A stretch of 64,000 bases of DNA from Blastocatellia bacterium (GTDB lineage: Bacteria > Acidobacteriota > Blastocatellia > RBC074): positions 67 through 64,066 of the forward strand of contig DAOMFR010000019.1 in the NCBI GenBank assembly GCA_035429885.1. Reading direction: 5' to 3'. Position 1 is the first letter of the stretch. Every line of letters begins with the position of its first letter. A program made the position numbers and the translations under genes. Positions 57,156 through 64,000 of this stretch are shown one piece after another. The notes beneath the pieces were generated by a model that was not told the DNA's origin, searched no databases, and saw nothing but the letters and a program-made list of their open reading frames with translations.

Positions 57156-57261
57156 GTGTCAGTAGCTCGCGCGTAAGCAAGGGCTGCACTGGCAGTGCGT
57201 ACCTCGTCTCCATCGGGCGCATTGCCGAGGCAGCCCTCCCTCACGATCGGGCTACTGACAC
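57156..57261. repeat. Long nested imperfect palindrome (106 bp) between the hybrid kinase and the next receiver gene
   Basis: The outer arms are GTGTCAGTAGC (57156-57166) and GCTACTGACAC (57251-57261). The inner arms are AGGGCTGC (57180-57187) and GCAGCCCT (57230-57237). A central mini-palindrome is GCACTGGCAGTGC. Confidence 0.8.
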
Positions 57262-57286
57262 AGTATTAACCGATAGGAAAACCATT

Positions 57287-57655
57287 ATGCCCAAAATATT
57301 GCTTGTAGAAGATAACGAAATGAATCGCGACATGCTTTCGCGGCGGTTGGCGCGGAAAAATTATGAAGTCGTCATGGCCGTGGATGGGCTGGAAGCCGTC
57401 GCCAAAGCGCAAAGCGAACAGCCTGATTTGATCTTGATGGACATTAGTTTGCCGGTCATTGATGGGCGCGAAGCGACGCGCCGCATTCGGGCTACGGAAG
57501 AAACCAAATCCATTCCCATCCTCGCCCTGACGGCGCACGCGATGGCGGGTGACCGCGATCAGGCGCTGGAGGCGGGTTGTGATGATTACGAAACCAAACC
57601 GATAGACCTGCCGCGTTTGCTCGATAAAATCGAAGCCTTACTGAACCGGGTATGA
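57287..57655 (+). CDS. Single-domain response regulator (CheY-like)
   Basis: 122 aa counted from the ATG at 57287 (MPKILLVEDNEMNRD, DLILMDISLPVIDG, ETKP). The ORF-track start at 57116 would translate the palindromic element. Confidence 0.9.
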   Translation: MPKILLVEDNEMNRDMLSRRLARKNYEVVMAVDGLEAVAKAQSEQPDLILMDISLPVIDGREATRRIRATEETKSIPILALTAHAMAGDRDQALEAGCDDYETKPIDLPRLLDKIEALLNRV

Positions 57656-59346
57656 ACGAAACGGAAATCCCCACAGAACAAAGCGGGCGCACGATGCTGG
57701 CGCATTTGCGGCATGAATTGCGCACGCCTCTGAATGCCGTCATCGGTTACAGCGAAATGTTGCTGGAAGACGCCGACGCCGACGAGTTTGGTTCGGTGTT
57801 GCGGCGGATGCTGGCTGCCGGAAGGGAATTGCTGAGTGTCGTCAACGAATTGCTCGACCCGGCGGCGCTGGTGCAAAAGATGGCCGGGCAAACCGTCGCG
57901 CAATTTGTTGCCACGGCACAACGCCAATTGCGCACCTCGTTGACCACGGTTTCCGGTTACTGCGAATTGCTGTTGGAAGAAGGCGCTGAAACCGGACGCG
58001 AAGAATTTGCCGCTGATCTCGAACGCATTCAACAAGCCGCCGCCCGCTTTCTGACGTTGATTGACAGCGTGATCGATTGGGCGCTAGTCGAACAGGAAGT
58101 CGAACAATTCGCGCGCGCCAACGTTCCTGCGAGCACGCAAACAGGTGCGGATGCGTCGCCAATACCTGACAGCCTGGAATCACTGCGCACGGCAACGGGT
58201 TCATTGCTGGTGGTGGATGACAACGAAGTTAATCGCGATTTGCTCTCGCGCCGGTTGGTGCGCGAAGGGCATCAGGTGGCCGAGGCCGTCAATGGACGGC
58301 AGGCGCTGGAAATGATCGAACAAGGCGCGTTTGATCTGGTGCTGCTGGACGTGATGATGCCGGAACTGAACGGGCACGAAGTGCTCGAACACCTGCAACG
58401 CGAAGGCCGCTTGCGGGATTTGCCTGTCATTATGCTTTCGGCTGGTGGTGAACTTGAAAGCATCGTGCAGTGCATTAGCCTTGGCGCAGAAGATTATTTG
58501 TCCAAACCTTATGACCCGATTTTGCTGCGCGCCCGCATCAACGCCAGCCTGGAAAAGAAACGGCTTCGCGACCGTTTGCGCGAACAGTTGCGCGCTATCG
58601 AACAGGAACTCAACGTTGCCGCGCGCATTCAGCAATCCATCCTGCCGCGCAAATTTCCCGTCAACGAGCATCTGGAAATCTTTGCCGAAATGACGCCCGC
58701 GCGCGCCATCGGCGGAGACTTTTATGATTTCTTTCCGATTGGAGGGCCGAATGATGAAACGCGCTTCGGTTTTGCCATTGCCGATGTTTCGGGCAAAGGC
58801 GCTCCGGCGGCGCTGTTTATGGCGCTCAGCCGCGCCTTTCTGAAAGCAACTGCCAGCGAGGGCAGCGAAGGCATGTCAGCGGGCGAATGCCTGACCCGTG
58901 TCAATCGCCTGATTCAAGCGGAAAACCACACGAGGATGTTTGTCACGGCGTTTTACGGCATCCTGAATTTGCAAACCGGAGCAGTTGAATTTGCCAATGC
59001 GGGCCACAACCATCCGTATCTGTTGCGCGCGGGCAATCCGCCCGTGATGCTCGATCATCGCAACTCACTTGTGCTCGGCATGCGCAAAGCCGTGGAATAT
59101 CCCACCCATCAGTTGCAATTGCAGCCGGGCGACCGCCTGTTTCTGTACACCGATGGCGTGACCGAGGCGATGACGGAGCAAGGCGAAGAGTTTTCCGAAG
59201 AGCGGCTCGCCCAGGCCTTGGCGCGAGCCGAGCAGTGTTCCTTGCAGGAAACGACACGTTTGGTCAGTGACGCTGTGCGAGAATTCGCTGACGGTGCGCC
59301 GCAATCCGACGACCTGACGATGCTTATCGTTCAATACAATGGATGA
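57652..59346 (+). CDS. DHp(HisKA)-only phosphotransfer module x2 (second lacks His) - receiver - PP2C/SpoIIE phosphatase
   Basis: 564-aa ORF. The H-box [19 protein letters not shown] is nearly identical to that of the adjacent hybrid kinase. A second DHp-like segment has Gln in place of His (RQLRTSLTTVSGYCELL). I cannot find an HATPase_c N/G box. The REC domain is LLVVDDNEVNRD...DVMMPELNG...SKP. SpoIIE motifs are GGDFYD, IADVSGKGAPAALFMA, YTDGVTEA and DDLTML. Confidence 0.85.
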   Translation: MNETEIPTEQSGRTMLAHLRHELRTPLNAVIGYSEMLLEDADADEFGSVLRRMLAAGRELLSVVNELLDPAALVQKMAGQTVAQFVATAQRQLRTSLTTVSGYCELLLEEGAETGREEFAADLERIQQAAARFLTLIDSVIDWALVEQEVEQFARANVPASTQTGADASPIPDSLESLRTATGSLLVVDDNEVNRDLLSRRLVREGHQVAEAVNGRQALEMIEQGAFDLVLLDVMMPELNGHEVLEHLQREGRLRDLPVIMLSAGGELESIVQCISLGAEDYLSKPYDPILLRARINASLEKKRLRDRLREQLRAIEQELNVAARIQQSILPRKFPVNEHLEIFAEMTPARAIGGDFYDFFPIGGPNDETRFGFAIADVSGKGAPAALFMALSRAFLKATASEGSEGMSAGECLTRVNRLIQAENHTRMFVTAFYGILNLQTGAVEFANAGHNHPYLLRAGNPPVMLDHRNSLVLGMRKAVEYPTHQLQLQPGDRLFLYTDGVTEAMTEQGEEFSEERLAQALARAEQCSLQETTRLVSDAVREFADGAPQSDDLTMLIVQYNG

Positions 59347-59378
59347 GCGATCATCTAAATCAAACCAGAAATATCGGA

Positions 59379-59463
59379 ACAGGATTTACAAGATTGGCAC
59401 GATGAACATGAGGATTAGCAAGCCGGTATGAGGGCAATCCTGTAAATCTTGTCATTCCTGTGC
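59379..59463. repeat. Inverted arrays of 9-nt units (core ACAnGAT) forming a 17-nt-arm hairpin just upstream of the third kinase gene
   Basis: Direct units: AACAGGATT TACAAGATT GGCACGATG AACATGAGG (59378-59413). Inverted units: ATCCTGTAA ATCTTGTCA TTCCTGTGC (59437-59463). The arms at 59379-59395 and 59436-59452 pair at 15 WC positions plus 1 G-T, out of 17. Confidence 0.75.
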
Positions 59464-59471
59464 TGGTGTAG

Positions 59472-62400
59472 ATGCGTATGCCGAATTGTGAATGCAACGC
59501 CAAGAAACATGCCGCAAGCCGAATTGCTGCGCGCGGACGCAAATGGCTCTGGGTCATGTGGGTGATGTGTGCCTGCGTGTGGTCTGTTCGCGCTCAATAT
59601 CGCTTCGATCACTGGACCGCGGACAACGGGCTGCCGCAGAACTCCGTGCGCGACATCGTGCAAACGCGTGACGGGTATTTGTGGTTTACGACCTTTGACG
59701 GATTGGTGCGCTTTGACGGCGTTCGGTTCACCGTGTTCAACAAGAGCAATACGCCGGGGATTCCCAGCAATCGGTTTTACGCGATTTTGGAAGACCGTCA
59801 GGGGGACTTGTGGGCGACGCTGGAAACCGGCGAAGTCGTGCGGCGGCATCAAGGCCGATTTACCAGTTTCAATCGGGCACACGGTTTGTCAGGAGAGATC
59901 AATCCTTCCTTGGTGGAAGACGAACAGGGCAACCTGCTGATTACTTATTACGGGCTGAATTTTGACGAACAGGGCAACTCCGTAATGGACATCAAGCGAG
60001 TCTATCGGTGGGCGGCTGGGCGCTTCGAACCAGCCGCGGAGCTGCGCTACGATTTCGCGGCGCTGCCCATACCGGCGGCAGAGGCGATTACGACAACCTG
60101 GGGCAAAATCATTGGGGGGGATTACTGGATTGTCACCCGTCAACGTTTTATTCGCTATCGAAAAGGCGGCGGCGTTCAAACGTACCACGAACGAAATGGG
60201 TTGCCGGGAAAACCCCTCGTTCTGCTTGGGGGAGCTTCGTCAGCAACACAGGTCTTTACGCGGGATGCGGCGGGCCGTCTTTGGTTGACGGATTTACAAT
60301 CCTGGCAAAGCCAACTGCTAAGCTCGCAGATACCGGCAGGGTTTGATCTGTGGATGGGGTACGCGGATGTAGAAGGGAACTATTGGTTTAGCAGCAATAA
60401 CAATGGCCTGTTTCGCGCCCGCCGGCAAACGATTGCCACACCCGCGAAGTTGCTGGAACAACATATACAAGAGGTTTACTCACTGCTGGAAAGCCATGAC
60501 GGCGCACTCTGGATTGGGACCGCTGGCAGCGCGCTTCAAGCGGTATTCAGATTCAAGGATGGCACGTTAACGCAATATCCTCCTGCGGAAATCAAAGATG
60601 CCCAGTCGTTTGGGGGAGCGGTCAGTTCGCTGTTCGAGGATCGCGCCGGGCAGATTTGGGTGAATGGGTTCTGGCGTCTGGTGGAAGGCCGCTATCTTTC
60701 TGCGCCCTGGGCTGAGGCATTGGAGTTCCAAAATAAAACTTTCAACTGGACGATGTGCGAAGACCGTGCGGGCGCGTATTGGTTCGGTTCGACAAATGGC
60801 GTCGTGCGCGTTCAAAACGGAGCGGTTACGCAATTCACGACCAAAGACGGCCTCGCGGGCAATGACACTAAAGTCATCATTGAAGACGGCCAAGGCGGCC
60901 TTTGGCTGGGCAGTTACGGCGGGTTGACCCATTACCGCGACGGCAAGTTCACTGCCTGGACAGAAAAAGACGGTTTGCCGGGCGCAACGGTGCGGGCGCT
61001 CAAGCTCGACAGCGACGGAACACTCTGGATTGGCACCTATGACAGCGGCCTGGCGCGTTTCAAAGGCGGGCGCTTCACCAGCTACACAACCAAAGACGGC
61101 TTGTTTGATAACGGCGTCTTTCAAATCCTGGAAGATGATTTCGGCTGGTTCTGGATGAGTTGCAATCGCGGCATTTACCGCGTGCGCAAACAGGAATTGC
61201 TGGATTTCGCCGACGGCAAAACCAAAACGCTGACTTGTCTGGCTTATAACCAAAGCGACGGCATGCCGAGCAGCGAATGCAATGGTGGACGTTGGCCCGC
61301 TGGAGTCAAAACCCGCGATGGCAAGCTCTGGTTTCCGACGATGGGCGGCGTCGCGATGATTGATCCCACGCAGATCAAAGCCAATACCCAACCGCCGCCG
61401 GTCGTGCTGGAAGAGTTACGCATAAACAATCAGCCCGCTTCTTTGGACGCCTGGGATGCCGCCATTCAAAATCCAAACTTTGCCCTTCAGATTTATCCGG
61501 GGCAGGATAATTTCGAGATTGCCTACACGGCGCTGAGCTTCATCAACTCGGAAAACATGCGCTTCAAGTACAAGCTGGAAGGCGCGGATGCCGATTGGGT
61601 GGACGCAGGCACGCGGCGCACGGCGTACTTTTCGCATCTCGCGCCGGGCTCTTACACCTTTCACGTAATTGCGGCGAATGCCGACGGAGTGTGGAACGAG
61701 AAGGGGGCCAGCGTGCGCATCACCGTCGTGCCGCCGTTCTGGCGTACCTGGTGGTTTGTTGCGCTGGCGGGGGTAAGCGTAGCAGGTTTGATTGTCGGCG
61801 CTGTGGTTTACCGCGACCAACAGCAAAAACGCCGCCTGGCTGCGCAACAAGCCGCGCAACAGGCTTTCGCCCGTCAGTTGATCGAATCGCAGGAAACCGA
61901 ACGCAAACGCATCGCTGCCGAGTTGCACGACAGCCTTGGGCAGAATTTGCTGATCGTCAAAAACCGCGCGCAGCTTGGGCAGCTTGCCGCCCAACAAAAA
62001 GATCCGGAGTTGCTGGAACAGTTCGAATGGATCGTCCATTCGGCGTCGCAATCTCTTGAGGAAGTCCGCGAGATTGCGCAAAACCTGCGGCCCTATCACC
62101 TTGACCGGCTGGGGCTGACCAAAGCGCTGGAAGTGATGATCGAGAAAGTGGCGGGCACGACGAAAATTCGGTTTGTCACGGAGCTTGTGCCGCTGGATGA
62201 TTTGTTCAGCAAAGAAGACGCGATCACGCTGTATCGCGTCGTGCAGGAAAGCCTTAACAACATTGTCAAACACGCCCAAGCCACTGAAGCGCGTGTCAGC
62301 GTCAGACGCACGACCGATTCCGTCACGCTGACGATTCACGATAATGGGCGAGGTTTTTCGCCGCTGGACGTTGCCGCCAAACCGCCCGGCTTCGGCTTGC

Positions 62401-62521
62401 ACGGGATGGCGGAACGCGTGCGAATGCTGGGCGGCGAATGGCAACTTGACTCGCAGGAGGGACAAGGCACGACTGTGACAATTCATTTCGCCTTGCCGAT
62501 TTCGATTACGAGAGGAACCAA

Positions 62522-62525
<4 letters not shown>
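59472..62525 (+). CDS. Sensor histidine kinase (NarX/DegS-type HisKA_3) with periplasmic beta-propeller + Y_Y_Y domain
   Basis: 1017-aa ORF with Reg_prop-like blades (DGLPQNSVRDIVQTRDGYLWFTTFDGLVRFDG and others) and a Y_Y_Y segment (FKYKLEGADADWVDAGTRRTAYFSHLAPGSYTFHV). It has a TM helix, a HisKA_3 H-box (AAELHDSLGQNL) and HATPase motifs (DNGRGF, GFGLHGMAERV). The exact start is uncertain (59472, or a downstream Met). Confidence 0.9.
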
Positions 62526-63178
<653 letters not shown>

Positions 63179-63185
63179 ACACCCC

Positions 63186-63272
63186 ATGCGGTACAGGGAG
63201 CGGTAGCGACCTGACGACTCGGAGTTGCCTACATTCAGCAGTACGAGGTTGCTACCGCTCCCCGTGCCGCAT
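63186..63272. repeat. Long imperfect palindrome (87 bp) directly after the LuxR-type regulator gene
   Basis: 22-nt arms: ATGCGGTACAGGGAGCGGTAGC (63186-63207) and GCTACCGCTCCCCGTGCCGCAT (63251-63272). They form 20 WC pairs, one G-T and one A-C. Confidence 0.8.
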
Positions 63273-63279
63273 CCGCTTA

Positions 63280-63336
63280 GGTAGAACTACCTAACAAATT
63301 CCGTAGTTCTACCCAATGCAAAAGGGTAGTTCCGCC
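63280..63336. promoter_or_regulatory. Three phased 12-bp pseudo-palindromic boxes (GGTAG-WW-CTACC), candidate operator array
   Basis: GGTAGAACTACC (63280-63291), cGTAGTTCTACC (63302-63313) and GGTAGTTCCGCC (63325-63336). The spacing is 22 and 23 bp, about two helical turns. The array lies 70-130 bp upstream of the ATG at 63408. Confidence 0.55.
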
Positions 63337-63407
63337 GATTACAACCGTCACAGGTTGTTGCATTCTTCAGACCGTCCACAAACGCAATTCCAGCACACAG
63401 GAGATTC

Positions 63408-63713
63408 ATGAAGGCCTTGATTGTCGAAGACCATGCCGACATGCGCCAGTTGATCCGCTCGGTGAAGCCGTTCACGTCGGCGGACTGGGTAATGACGGAT
63501 TCGGAGGTGCTGAGCGTGGACAGGCTGGAAGCGACGCGGCTTTTGCGAGCGACCTCCCCGAAGCGCGGATCGCGTCATCATCCCTAATACGGAAATAAGC
63601 GTTTGCGCGCCGCCACGCGAAGCGGGCGAGCGCGCCACCTGTTGAAAGAAGACCTGCTGGCCATTCGCAGGATGGTCAGTCCCACACACAACGGCGGATC
63701 TGCTGATGGATAG
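63408..63713 (+). pseudogene. Decayed single-domain response-regulator receiver (in-frame TAA, internal deletion, probable frameshifts)
   Basis: An AGGAG RBS precedes the ATG at 63408. The N-terminus MKALIVEDHADMRQLI is a canonical receiver start. After ~19 aa it jumps to the DWV.TD...LEATR segment, so roughly 30 aa are missing. A TAA at 63585 interrupts the frame. The same frame then continues with receiver-like YGNKRLRAATRSGRARHLLKEDLLAIRRMV. Around 63554-63585 the other two frames read LPEARI and RVIIP, which fit receiver beta-4 better than frame 0. Confidence 0.5.
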
Positions 63714-63795
63714 AAGCTCTCCGAAGTGACGCTTGACTGCATAGCAAGACTTCACTGAGCACACAGCAATCCGCACACCCTAAAGGAGTGCTGCG

Positions 63796-64000
63796 ATGAA
63801 TAAAAAATTGCGATTGATCTGGTTGGTTCTCACGACTGGTATCGTCCTGGGCTTCGGCCAGTGGCAGACCGCGTCTGCAGCCACCTACACCGTCACGAGC
63901 CTCGGCGATGGCACCGCCAGCGCCACACGTTGTCCGAGCACGACGAATTGTCGCCTGCGCGATGCAATCGCAAAAGCAGTGGCTGGCGATACGATCACCT
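63796..64000 (+). CDS. Secreted protein, N-terminal fragment (runs off the window); CSLREA-like beta-helix cap motif
   Basis: The ATG at 63796 begins MNKKLRLIWLVLTTGIVLGFGQWQTASAATYTVTSLGDGTASATRCPSTTNCRLRDAIAKAVAGDTIT. It has a signal peptide with an ASA cleavage-like site. The motif C.LRDAI...GDTIT resembles N-terminal caps of secreted parallel beta-helix proteins. Confidence 0.65.
   Translation, partial: MNKKLRLIWLVLTTGIVLGFGQWQTASAATYTVTSLGDGTASATRCPSTTNCRLRDAIAKAVAGDTIT

Noticed and set aside
63348-63776. 142-aa minus-strand ORF covering the receiver pseudogene region.
   Set aside because: It is an Arg-rich antisense translation of a region whose + strand shows collinear similarity to receiver domains. 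There is no RBS or motif support.

Overview
This 64-kb window looks chromosomal and moderately GC-rich. I can support 36 protein-coding genes, one decayed response-regulator pseudogene, and a set of intergenic hairpins and in-ORF short tandem repeats. I found no rRNA or tRNA genes, no CRISPR array and no transposase or integrase. All domain calls come from motif recognition by eye on the supplied translations; no searches were run. The gene content resembles an Acidobacteriota-type soil bacterium: a CarboxypepD_reg-type TonB receptor, DUF1501, a BlaI/BlaR1 pair, beta-propeller Reg_prop/Y_Y_Y sensor kinases and PA14/cohesin/dockerin-like giant secreted proteins. That taxonomic guess is inference only. 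Layout: (i) 0-4.1 kb holds an FHA protein, a secreted amidohydrolase and an M20 peptidase. (ii) 4.1-16.3 kb is a two-gene minus-strand operon encoding 2179-aa and 1880-aa proteins with no signal peptide, NTPase, nuclease, protease or toxin-repeat signature that I can see. This is the best candidate for an undescribed system. (iii) 16.7-24.1 kb holds ybaK, BlaI/BlaR1-like genes, a TonB-dependent receptor, DUF1501 and xth. (iv) 24.2-30.8 kb is a minus-strand cluster. It pairs a cNMP-binding/4x[4Fe-4S]/polytopic membrane protein with an FHA-TM-heptahaem cytochrome c, followed by a PIG-L deacetylase and a membrane-anchored ferredoxin-flavoprotein. (v) 31-41.4 kb holds an S8 protease with a stand-alone propeptide-like ORF, a LOG protein, and two secreted proteins (555 aa and 1909 aa) that share a dockerin-like/cohesin-like C-terminal cassette. 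(vi) 41.7-46.9 kb holds SnoaL-like, NifU-like, GlcE-like, CPA2 antiporter, an unlisted 57-aa zinc-ribbon ORF and GlcF-like genes. (vii) 47-63.2 kb is a dense signalling island with three propeller sensor kinases, five receiver proteins and two PP2C phosphatase outputs. Recurrent sequence oddities are heptanucleotide tandem repeats translated inside three ORFs, long imperfect palindromes at gene 3' ends, and phased operator-like boxes downstream of the LuxR-type regulator gene.
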